A DNA stretch of 44,993 nt. Origin: Patescibacteria group bacterium. GTDB taxonomy: Bacteria > Patescibacteriota > Minisyncoccia > 2-02-FULL-40-12 > GWA2-44-9. The stretch covers positions 3,100 through 48,092 of the forward strand of contig JBBTSY010000005.1 of the NCBI GenBank assembly GCA_038064515.1, given 5' to 3'. A program made the position numbers and the translations under genes. Under the pieces are notes generated by a model that saw only the letters and a program-made list of their open reading frames with translations, was not told where the DNA came from and did not search any database. Below are positions 8,981 through 16,738 of this stretch, in pieces (positions within the stretch are counted from its first letter, which is position 1; each line of letters begins with the position of its first letter).

Positions 8981-9805
8981 TTATTTAACTCGGCGCCGGA
9001 TAATAAACTTCGATGACTTTTTCTTCTTATTGCGCGTTTTGTGGCCGCCGGTAATCTTACCATGGCGAGTCTTTGGACGACGAGTACCGCGACCTTGACG
9101 GCCTTCACCTCCACCATAAGGATGGTCAACCGGATTCATGGCAGTACCGCGAACTTTCGGGCGGCGGCCGAGCCATCGAGATCGTCCTGCCTTGCCCAGC
9201 GAAATCAAAGCATGTTCAGCATTAGAGACCTGCCCAATCGATGCAAGGCATTCGCCGGAAAGCATTCGAGTTTCAGATGATGGCATTACAAGCTGTACCT
9301 GGCCGGCTTCACTTGCCAATACGGTAGCGCCACTGCCTGCTGAACGAACGATCTTGCCGCCCTGGCCCGGAAACAATTCTACATTATGAATGAGAGTACC
9401 TTGAGGAATATTCTTCAAACGCATGCGGTTGCCAGGCCGAATCGGTCCTTTCTCGAAGGTCATAACCGTATCACCCACTTTAAGTTCCTGCGGAGCAAGA
9501 ATGTAGCGACGATCGCCATCAACGAAATTAATGCGCGCAATGCGGGCCGTACGGTTTGGATCGTATTCGAGAGTAGCTACCTTACCCGGGATATCCATCT
9601 TAAGCTGTTTGAAATCCACAATACGATAGAGACGTTTTACGCCATTGCCTCGGTGCGAGCTGGTAATGCGCCCCTGGTTGTTGCGGCCGACTGATTTATG
9701 AAAACCCTTAATGAGCGGCTTTAAGGAACCACTTTTAGCAAGTTGAGAGAAATCGTATCCTTTAGTATGTCGCCGTGACGGCGTTGTGGGTCGATACTGT
9801 TTCAT
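8981..9805 (-). CDS. rplB: 50S ribosomal protein L2
   Basis: L2-like sequence (GRNNQGRITSSHRGNG, MNPVDHPYGGGEG) and synteny. Confidence 0.97.
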   Translation of the reverse strand: MKQYRPTTPSRRHTKGYDFSQLAKSGSLKPLIKGFHKSVGRNNQGRITSSHRGNGVKRLYRIVDFKQLKMDIPGKVATLEYDPNRTARIARINFVDGDRRYILAPQELKVGDTVMTFEKGPIRPGNRMRLKNIPQGTLIHNVELFPGQGGKIVRSAGSGATVLASEAGQVQLVMPSSETRMLSGECLASIGQVSNAEHALISLGKAGRSRWLGRRPKVRGTAMNPVDHPYGGGEGRQGRGTRRPKTRHGKITGGHKTRNKKKKSSKFIIRRRVK

Positions 9806-9814
9806 GCGTTATAA

Positions 9815-10237
9815 TTATGGTTTTGCCTGTTCAATAATACTGCCTTTTTCAAGCGTTACGATTGCTTTACGAAATCCAGATTTGGTGCCGGCAAACTTAC
9901 CGACGTTTCGTGATTTTTCGGGCATGTTCAATACTTGAACATTTTTGATTTTGACTTTATAGAGCGCGCTAATATGCTTTTTGATCGATTGCTTGTCGGC
10001 ATCGCTTGCTACCCTGAACACGTACTGATTCATCCCCATGAGCCGGGAGGCTTTTTCGCTTGCATAGAAACTCTTGATCACCTCGTGAGCGCCTTGGGAA
10101 ACGGCAATCGGGACACCCGCCGACTTCTGTGCGACAACTTCCTCTTGACCCTCACTTTTAATGGGTTTCCCCTCGCCTTCGGCTTGGGATTTGGACTTTA
10201 CTTCCGTATCTTTTTTTCTAAAAATATTAAATGCCAT
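9815..10237 (-). CDS. rplW: 50S ribosomal protein L23 with an N-terminal extension
   Basis: L23 core in the C-terminal half, and synteny. Confidence 0.9.
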   Translation of the reverse strand: MAFNIFRKKDTEVKSKSQAEGEGKPIKSEGQEEVVAQKSAGVPIAVSQGAHEVIKSFYASEKASRLMGMNQYVFRVASDADKQSIKKHISALYKVKIKNVQVLNMPEKSRNVGKFAGTKSGFRKAIVTLEKGSIIEQAKP

Positions 10238-10239
10238 GA

Positions 10240-10899
10240 TTATGAGGTAAATGCTTTTTCAATAACTCCGACGGCATCTTTCAATGCAACCACATTCGGA
10301 TAGGAAAGTACGTTTAATGAATTAAGGTTACGCGCTTCGATAATAGCGACATTTGGCAAATTGTTGACTGACCTCGATAAGCCGTCCTCTTTCGTTGAAG
10401 ACACTACCACCAGCATGCGCGGATGAGCCTTCTTCGTTGATTTTTTCAAAAACAAACCAGAAATGTTGCGCATGATCTTTGCGGCTATGCGCGTCTTGGG
10501 TGCTTCCATCGTGATAATATCAATGACCACAAATTGACCATCACGAACCTTTGAAGACAATGCAACACCCAAAGCTTTACGGGCCATTTTACGATTAATT
10601 TTCTTAGAATAATTCTTATCTTTGGTCGGACCATGAGCGACACCTCCGCCTTTCCAGATCGGCGATCGGATGGAACCGTGACGAGCGCGGCCGGTACCCT
10701 TCTGCTTCCATGGCTTCTTACCGCCTCCACGCACTTCCGAACGGCCTTTGGCGTGAGCGATAACCTGTCGCTGATTCGACAGTTGCGACGTCGCAACCTG
10801 ATGAAGCAAGTCTTGATTCATCGGCAAGGCAAACACCGCATTGGAAACTTCGAGAGTCCCTGCTTGTTCGGCGTTTTGATTGTAGATTGGAATCTGCAT
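10240..10899 (-). CDS. rplD: 50S ribosomal protein L4
   Basis: L4-like sequence. I chose the start at MQIPIYNQ (ATG at 10899) so it does not overlap the rplC stop at 10904. Confidence 0.92.
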   Translation of the reverse strand: MQIPIYNQNAEQAGTLEVSNAVFALPMNQDLLHQVATSQLSNQRQVIAHAKGRSEVRGGGKKPWKQKGTGRARHGSIRSPIWKGGGVAHGPTKDKNYSKKINRKMARKALGVALSSKVRDGQFVVIDIITMEAPKTRIAAKIMRNISGLFLKKSTKKAHPRMLVVVSSTKEDGLSRSVNNLPNVAIIEARNLNSLNVLSYPNVVALKDAVGVIEKAFTS

Positions 10900-10903
10900 G
10901 ATA

Positions 10904-11515
10904 TTAATTGGTCGTAATTGCAAGCAATCCTCCCTTATTACCGGGAACCGGACCACTTAAGGCGATAAGGCCATTTTCCTTATCAACATGGACAACCTTC
11001 AAACCACGGACGGTGACCCGAATATTACCCATACGGCCGGCCATTTTTTTCCCTTTCAGGGTGTGTTGAGGAAATCGCTGGCCGATAGAACCAATATGTC
11101 GAGCTACGTGTTTGTGGCCGTGACCCATGGGCATACCGGAAAATCCATGGCGCTTCATGGCGCCGGCAAAGCCCTTACCCTTTGAGTAACCAGATACTTT
11201 TACTTCATCGCCTGGAGCAAATGCCGCCAAATCGAGAATATCGCCCACCTTGAGATCATGCTCATTCATCTGCAATGCTTTAAATTCTCGGACGTAGCGA
11301 AATTTACCTAAGTCTTTGAACTGACCCTGTTGCGGTTTGGCAATTTTTTTCTTGGTGCCAGTACCTACCTGGACTGCCTCGTAGCCATCTTTATCTTTAG
11401 TTCTAATTTGAATAACTATATTTGGCTCAACTTCAACAACCGTGGCAGTAATTACGGCTCCGTTTTCCCCATATACTTGGGTCATGTCTAATTTTTTTCC
11501 AAGAATAAATTTCAT
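10904..11515 (-). CDS. rplC: 50S ribosomal protein L3
   Basis: L3-like sequence (GKGFAGAMKRHGF, QRFPQHT) and synteny. Confidence 0.95.
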   Translation of the reverse strand: MKFILGKKLDMTQVYGENGAVITATVVEVEPNIVIQIRTKDKDGYEAVQVGTGTKKKIAKPQQGQFKDLGKFRYVREFKALQMNEHDLKVGDILDLAAFAPGDEVKVSGYSKGKGFAGAMKRHGFSGMPMGHGHKHVARHIGSIGQRFPQHTLKGKKMAGRMGNIRVTVRGLKVVHVDKENGLIALSGPVPGNKGGLLAITTN

Positions 11516-11936
11516 GTTCTTATTCTAATGAAACTCAGATTCACCCAAGCCTCTCGGCAGTGAATCTGCCTGTTTTTATTCAGCCTTCGCTGAATGTAAC
11601 TCATATTTGTTTAAGGCCATCGCCTACAAATCTGCCTGATTTAATTTTGTTTACACAAAATTAAATCAAAAAGCCGGACTAGCCGGCAATTGCCAAAGCT
11701 CGTCTGTAACAACCGATTATGTTTCGATACGTGATGAAACCAATTAGATGTTATAAGGCACTGACCCAAGTGTGTATTTTTAGAAACCGGGTGGCGAACT
11801 AGGCCAACCACTTGTGGTGAGCCTGCCTGCGCAGGCAGGCTTGTCGAACCATTGCCGGATAAATACTACAGCCGGATTACTGCCTTAGTCCCCCGCTCCA
11901 AACAATGCCTGGGGCAGAGAGTAAGGTTACAATCCT
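11516..11936 (-). other. Unusually long (421-nt) hairpin-rich spacer between rpsJ and rplC
   Basis: No ORF of 60 aa or more. Hairpins are cagattcac/gtgaatctg, attcagc/gctgaat, gatttaattttgt/acaaaattaaatc and gccgg/ccggc followed by a U-run on the minus strand. The region also holds a 20-bp palindrome at 11821-11840. Confidence 0.6.
11821..11840. repeat. Perfect 20-bp palindrome GCCTGCCTGCGCAGGCAGGC
   Basis: Read directly. Identical to the copy at 34836-34855. Confidence 0.9.
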
Positions 11937-12263
11937 CTACATTTTAATCTCTATATCAACGCCGGCTGGCAAACTAAGATTTGTTAAAGCATCGATAATT
12001 TTCGGTGTCGGCACGGTAATGTCGATTAACCGCTTATGGATTCTCATTTCAAACTGCTCGCGCGAATTCTTATCAATGAAGGGAGAACGATTTACGGTAA
12101 ACTTTTTTATTTCGGTAGGCAACGGCACGGGGCCGATTGGTTTACCGCCGTATCGCTCGATCGTTTCGATAATCTGCTGTGCCGACTTATCGATAATTTT
12201 ATTATCGTAGGCCTTCAGCTTGATTCGAATCCGTTGGTTGATTTCAGTAGTTTTTTTCGCCAT
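11937..12263 (-). CDS. rpsJ: 30S ribosomal protein S10
   Basis: I chose the start at [20 protein letters not shown] (ATG at 12263). The upstream part of the tracked ORF is the palindrome spacer. Confidence 0.93.
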   Translation of the reverse strand: MAKKTTEINQRIRIKLKAYDNKIIDKSAQQIIETIERYGGKPIGPVPLPTEIKKFTVNRSPFIDKNSREQFEMRIHKRLIDITVPTPKIIDALTNLSLPAGVDIEIKM

Positions 12264-12279
12264 GACTCTTTTAAAAGGA

Positions 12280-12299
12280 CCTGCCTGCCGGCAGGCAGG
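12280..12299. repeat. Perfect 20-bp palindrome CCTGCCTGCCGGCAGGCAGG in the tuf-rpsJ spacer
   Basis: Read directly. On the minus strand it is followed by UCCUUUU. It is preceded by a second 12-bp-stem hairpin (12305-12333). Confidence 0.9.
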
Positions 12300-12341
12300 A
12301 CAATAAGACCCATGAGGATTACTCATGGGTCTTAATATCAG

Positions 12342-13550
12342 CTATGCATGAATCTTAGTTACAACACCAGCACCTACAGTCTTGCCGCCCTCTCGAATCG
12401 CAAAGCGCTGTTTTTCTTCCATGGCAATCGGCACAATGAGCTTAACTTTGAGATTGGCAGTATCGCCAGGCATAATCATCTCGGTACCTTCGGGCAATAT
12501 TACTTCACCCGTTACATCCGTGGTTCGGAAGTAGAATTGAGGTTTATAGCCTTTGAAAAATGGGGTATGTCGGCCACCTTCTTCTTTTGTGAGGACGTAA
12601 ATTTCGGCATCGAATTCGGTGTGCGGTGAAGCAGAGCCGGGCTTTGCGAGCACTTGGCCGCGTTCAATGTCTTCTTTCTTTAGGCCGCGAACCAAGATAC
12701 CGGCGTTGTCGCCTGCCATACCCGAGTCGAGTTGCTTGTTAAACATTTCGATGCCCGTAATAACGGTTTTTACCGTTGGACGAATACCGACAAGCTCAAC
12801 TTCATCATTAATTTTAACCTGACCGCGTTCAATACGGCCCGTAACAACGGTACCGCGACCTTCAATTGAGAAGATATCTTCGATCGGCATCAAGAATGGC
12901 AGATCAATTTGGCGATCCGGATTGGGAATGTACGAATCGAGCGTATCTACTAGTTCTTTAACTTTGAGCGCCCATTTATCATCCTTAGAGGTAGCTTCCA
13001 GAGCTTTGAGGCCTGAACCACGGATAATAGGCGTAGTGTCGCCGGGAAATTTGTATTTTGTGAGAATTTCGCGAATTTCAGCTTCGACGAGATCTAACAT
13101 TTCTGGATCGTCAACTTGGTCAACCTTATTAAGAAAGACTACAAGGTAAGGCACGCCAACCTGACGGGCAAGCAAGATGTGTTCGCGAGTTTGAGGCATC
13201 GGACCATCGGAAGCGGCAACAACAATAATAGCGGCATCCATTTGAGCGGCACCGGTGATCATGTTCTTGATGTAGTCAGAGTGACCAGGAGCATCCACGT
13301 GCGCATAATGACGCAGTGGCGTCTCGTACTCGGAGTGATGCAATGAGATCGTGATACCTCGGGCTTTTTCTTCTGGAGCATTGTCGATACCATCGACGCC
13401 TTCTACGCGAGCGCTGTATCCAGCGTCCTTATTCATATCAAGGACGTGTAAAATAGCCGCGGTAAGAGTTGTCTTCCCGTGGTCTACGTGACCGATCGTT
13501 CCCACGTTGAGATGGGGTTTGGATCGATTAAATTTTGTTGCTTCTGCCAT
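12342..13550 (-). CDS. tuf: Elongation factor Tu
   Basis: [14 protein letters not shown] and NKVD GTPase motifs. 402 aa. Confidence 0.98.
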   Translation of the reverse strand: MAEATKFNRSKPHLNVGTIGHVDHGKTTLTAAILHVLDMNKDAGYSARVEGVDGIDNAPEEKARGITISLHHSEYETPLRHYAHVDAPGHSDYIKNMITGAAQMDAAIIVVAASDGPMPQTREHILLARQVGVPYLVVFLNKVDQVDDPEMLDLVEAEIREILTKYKFPGDTTPIIRGSGLKALEATSKDDKWALKVKELVDTLDSYIPNPDRQIDLPFLMPIEDIFSIEGRGTVVTGRIERGQVKINDEVELVGIRPTVKTVITGIEMFNKQLDSGMAGDNAGILVRGLKKEDIERGQVLAKPGSASPHTEFDAEIYVLTKEEGGRHTPFFKGYKPQFYFRTTDVTGEVILPEGTEMIMPGDTANLKVKLIVPIAMEEKQRFAIREGGKTVGAGVVTKIHA

Positions 13551-13649
13551 GTCTTTTTCGACGAAACGATACGGTCGTTATGAATAATGCGCGAATTCAT
13601 TCGTGTATTATCCATGACGCAGTATCGCCTTTATTTAAACGTAGTGTTC

Positions 13650-13678
13650 ATTTTAACAGACCTCTTGAGGAAAGTCAA
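13650..13678 (-). promoter_or_regulatory. Sigma70-type promoter for tuf
   Basis: On the minus strand TTGACT (13678-13673), a 17-nt spacer, then TAAAAT (13655-13650). Confidence 0.6.
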
Positions 13679-13775
13679 CCATTCCCCCCTGCTACTGATT
13701 CTCCTGGAAACCGCCCTGCCCTGTAGTGAAACTTTTGCTGGCTCTGCCAAGACCATTGGTCATGCAAAAGTTCTA

Positions 13776-14087
13776 CTACGGGGCCTGCTTCTCGTCCTGC
13801 TCAATCTGGTCTTTCAGTGCCTGTATTTCCCGATTTAAGCGTTCCAGCGCTTCTACTTCCTGGGCGCTTAAAGCTGCTCGCACCGGCGCCTCTTCTGAAG
13901 CCTGCGGAACGGGGAAGTTCAGAGCTTCGGCATCGTTAGCCTTCTTTACTTTGACTTCCTGTTCCTTGGCTTGCGTCAGATTGCGGTATACCTGGTAATC
14001 CAGGATCACATACGATGGCTCCCCTTCATCCAAGATCAGAACTGATGTCGAGTTCTTAAGCAGGTCTTTTAATTCTCGAATATCCAC
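13776..14087 (-). CDS. Phd/YefM-like antitoxin-fold N-terminal domain fused to an acidic coiled-coil tail. GTG start.
   Basis: The N-terminus (STSVLILDEGEPSYVILDYQVYRNL) resembles the Phd/YefM pattern. No adjacent toxin gene was recognised. Confidence 0.5.
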   Translation of the reverse strand: MDIRELKDLLKNSTSVLILDEGEPSYVILDYQVYRNLTQAKEQEVKVKKANDAEALNFPVPQASEEAPVRAALSAQEVEALERLNREIQALKDQIEQDEKQAP

Positions 14088-14236
14088 TTCTTACACTCAC
14101 TGACGAGATATGGCTCGCGTTCCGCTTCACAATGTGCTGCGGAGAAGCTAAGTGCAACAGGTCAGGTTTAATCGGTATACAAATCAATTCCTCGCCATTC
14201 ACTCGGAACAACTCGTCTGTGAGTGTGAGGATCCAT
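14088..14236 (-). ncRNA. Copy A of a roughly 130-150-nt structured repeat element (family 2)
   Basis: A 14-bp closing stem joins 14094-14107 and 14212-14225. An inner stem gttccg/cggaac joins 14119-14124 and 14204-14209. It is homologous to 26612-26763, with compensatory changes between the copies. Confidence 0.55.
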
Positions 14237-14260
14237 CCATCAGTTCTACCGTACCGATAT

Positions 14261-14308
14261 AAAAAAGCAAGCCCGCCCAACTTTTGCTTTCGCAAAACTT
14301 AGGCGGGC
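14261..14308 (-). terminator. Rho-independent terminator after ORF 14367..15188
   Basis: On the minus strand GCCCGCC pairs with GGCGGGC around an inner AAGUUUUGC/GCAAAAGUU stem. UUGCUUUUUU follows. Confidence 0.65.
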
Positions 14309-14366
14309 AAGGCTTCGGCAACAGCTGGGAAGCTACTATCGGGGTCACGGCCTAACTGTTCAAAAA

Positions 14367-15188
14367 TCAGCGCAAGAATATTTGACCGGCTTCGTTCCAG
14401 TCAGCCGCCTCTTTGACGGAGCTGGCATTTAAGGACCATTTGCCGGCCCCAGCGACCCACATCGCGATAACAACCCGGAGGTTATTGTCAACATCACGGG
14501 TATAGAACATGTTGGAAAGTCCCGACCCCCTCTCTATCAAGAGGATTCCGGCATTGCCGTGGAGTTGCCTGGAGAGCAACTCCCACAAGTGAACCAGCGA
14601 AATCTCAGCGCGGTTGCCCCGCATATCGAAAGTGTGAGCCTGCAAAGGGCCCCTGGAGAGCTTGTAGGCCTTCAGTGTTTGAGCTGGGACATTCTCCTCG
14701 GCCTTAGTTAGAAACCACTCCTTGAATCTATCAGACATGATTAAGTGATCCTTATTGGCACCGAATGTCTCCTCTGCTGAGAACTTCTCGACTGCCTGGA
14801 CAGATACACTGCCCATTAGCTCAAGATCTACGGGTTCGATATATGCTCTTTCCCTATGAAAGCTCTGATGTTTTTCATCTCCTGTCATCATTTTCTCGGC
14901 TTTCTGTAACTCTTCTGGCGTAGATTGGTCTTTTCCCTTAGTCTCTTGAGAAACATCGTCAATACTGGTCCAATATCCATCGATGTCATCTTGGGGTTCA
15001 TCCACGGCTCCAGGATCATGTTTTTGAGCTTCTTCTCTGGTAGCATACTCACCGATAACTACAGGGGTTTCTGGTCCATTTTTCCAGCGAACGTGCTTTA
15101 TGACTCTAAATCTTGGTTGTTCGACTTCTCCCGCCGATTTTACTTTTTCCTCTTTTTCTATTGGTCTTTTATATTTTTCTTCGGACAT
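14367..15188 (-). CDS. Hypothetical protein, 273 aa. N-terminal module shared with ORF 15278..16438. Unique C-terminal domain.
   Basis: 55 consecutive residues (KHVRWKNGPETPVV...SQETKGK) are identical to the neighbouring ORF. The C-terminal domain was not recognised. Confidence 0.6.
   Translation of the reverse strand: MSEEKYKRPIEKEEKVKSAGEVEQPRFRVIKHVRWKNGPETPVVIGEYATREEAQKHDPGAVDEPQDDIDGYWTSIDDVSQETKGKDQSTPEELQKAEKMMTGDEKHQSFHRERAYIEPVDLELMGSVSVQAVEKFSAEETFGANKDHLIMSDRFKEWFLTKAEENVPAQTLKAYKLSRGPLQAHTFDMRGNRAEISLVHLWELLSRQLHGNAGILLIERGSGLSNMFYTRDVDNNLRVVIAMWVAGAGKWSLNASSVKEAADWNEAGQIFLR
14931..15100. repeat. 170-bp perfect direct repeat, copy 1 (partner at 16184-16353)
   Basis: Compared base by base. 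It encodes the shared N-terminal module of the two paralogs. Confidence 0.9.
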
Positions 15189-15277
15189 GTTTTTGTAAAA
15201 TTAAATTATTAATATCTTAACTCTATGACCACCCGATAGATAAAGTCGATTGCATTTATGTTTAACCCATACTAAAT

Positions 15278-16438
15278 TCACCGAATTATACCTTTTTTTA
15301 CAATTAACTCCACGACATCAAAAACTTGATCTGGCGATAAGCGAGAGCGAGAACCGTCAGCATTTCTAGGAGCACCACCAATAGTAGAGCCTCCTCCCCA
15401 TCCAGGTTCTAATTTATTTAACTCGTGCAAAATCGTGCCTTCTTTCGATACGGGGCCAACCGGAAAATTACTGACTAGCTCTGATTTCTTTGCGATAGTA
15501 TATGCGTAACTACCGTCTGCTTGCTGTTGCATAGCTACAGCCCTCGTATGACCTGCCTTATATATGAGATCGAAGACAAAATCATTTGATTGGGCCATAA
15601 TCCAATTAGTACCTTCTCTTACTACCTCGAAATTGCGAGCAATTTCTTGTTTCGTGTATTTAAAATTGCCGGCCACAAGATCGTCAAGATTCTTTAAGCA
15701 TTGCTCAAGGAGTGTGTTCAGATCGTCTTGACTGTATGTCCGATTTCTCCTTGCATCGCTTTCCGGTTTCATAACTCCTTTATAAAATGCGTCCGCTAGT
15801 TCTGCGTCGAGAGGCTCATAGGCTGGTCCATGAGCGTCGATTCCGCCAACCGACTCAACAAGCATTCTTATCTTCAGACTATGAGCTTCACTTGGGTGAC
15901 GTAGTAACCAGACTGATAAAACGGTATCCCCATCAATATCATTTACATAGACTTTGCTTTTTTCCGGTTCGAACCCTAGAAGCAAAGCATCGAGTACTTG
16001 TTGACATGTAGCACGAGTTATTTGACGATTAACTTTATCATGATGATCAAAGGAGAATCTGTTACGCCCCACATCAAACTCAGGCCCCTGAACATATCCG
16101 TCAAGAGCAACACTGTTCTCGGGCATGTTATCAAACTGTTCTGTTTTACCACGTGCAATGACTAGATCCACCAGACTCTCTCCTTTTCCCTTAGTCTCTT
16201 GAGAAACATCGTCAATACTGGTCCAATATCCATCGATGTCATCTTGGGGTTCATCCACGGCTCCAGGATCATGTTTTTGAGCTTCTTCTCTGGTAGCATA
16301 CTCACCGATAACTACAGGGGTTTCTGGTCCATTTTTCCAGCGAACGTGCTTTACTACCCTGAATTTAGGATGCTCAGCTTCTCTCGTACTAGTTTCCTCT
16401 TTTTTTTCAACGATTGATTCGGGTTTCTCGCTATTCAT
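15278..16438 (-). CDS. Hypothetical protein, 386 aa. Shared N-terminal module plus a C-terminal domain with DHH/DHHA1-like motifs.
   Basis: The motifs FSFDHHD, DIDGDT and GWGGGSTIGGAP recall DHH-family phosphoesterases. Motifs I and II are not evident. Confidence 0.6.
   Translation of the reverse strand: MNSEKPESIVEKKEETSTREAEHPKFRVVKHVRWKNGPETPVVIGEYATREEAQKHDPGAVDEPQDDIDGYWTSIDDVSQETKGKGESLVDLVIARGKTEQFDNMPENSVALDGYVQGPEFDVGRNRFSFDHHDKVNRQITRATCQQVLDALLLGFEPEKSKVYVNDIDGDTVLSVWLLRHPSEAHSLKIRMLVESVGGIDAHGPAYEPLDAELADAFYKGVMKPESDARRNRTYSQDDLNTLLEQCLKNLDDLVAGNFKYTKQEIARNFEVVREGTNWIMAQSNDFVFDLIYKAGHTRAVAMQQQADGSYAYTIAKKSELVSNFPVGPVSKEGTILHELNKLEPGWGGGSTIGGAPRNADGSRSRLSPDQVFDVVELIVKKGIIR
16184..16353. 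repeat. 170-bp perfect direct repeat, copy 2
   Basis: Identical to 14931-15100. Confidence 0.9.
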
Positions 16439-16477
16439 AATTAAAAATTGTTATTAAGGCTGTAGCTTATCTTCGCA

Positions 16478-16509
16478 CTTATATTGTAATCCCCCCCCTG
16501 ATAAGTCAA
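16478..16509 (-). promoter_or_regulatory. Candidate promoter with a G8 homopolymer in the spacer
   Basis: On the minus strand TTGACT (16509-16504), then tatcaGGGGGGGGattacaa, then TATAAG (16483-16478). The spacer to TATAAG is 20 nt. The tract is C8 at 16491-16498 on the plus strand. Confidence 0.4.
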
Positions 16510-16565
16510 CCTAAAAACATAGCCGTTTTGGAGCTCTTTTCTTACAACAAGCGAGCCAATAGTTT

Positions 16566-16738
16566 TGAATCACTCCGGAGTATTTGATGAAATGAGCGAA
16601 AGTGAATAGCCGTAGTGGTGTTTCGAAGAAGGCCGCCCTAGTGGGCGGCCTTCTAGATGGAACGGAGGCGTGAGTGAGCTGAACGAATTTCTAAAATACG
16701 GAGATCGTGATGAAAAAACTATCGGCGAGCGGCTATTT
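16566..16738 (-). ncRNA. Copy E1 of a roughly 175-185-nt structured repeat element (family 3) abutting the fusA stop codon
   Basis: Homologous to 31469-31653. Conserved blocks are interleaved with a fully compensated variable hairpin (16627-16654). A long-range pairing joins 16605-16612 and 16730-16737. Confidence 0.55.

Noticed and set aside
14098-14112. CUGACGAG in element copy A (and UUGAUGAG in the minus-strand reading of copy B) resembles the hammerhead ribozyme CUGAUGA core.
   Set aside because: There is no stem II followed by a GAAA box, and no compatible three-way junction on either strand. The motif is simply part of the 14-bp closing stem.
16655-16670. The GGUGGAACGGAGG block of the family-3 element resembles the T-box sequence GGGUGGUACCGCG.
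   Set aside because: It is on the plus strand with no downstream plus-strand gene. No specifier-loop or Stem I features are present. The two copies precede unrelated non-aaRS genes on the other strand.
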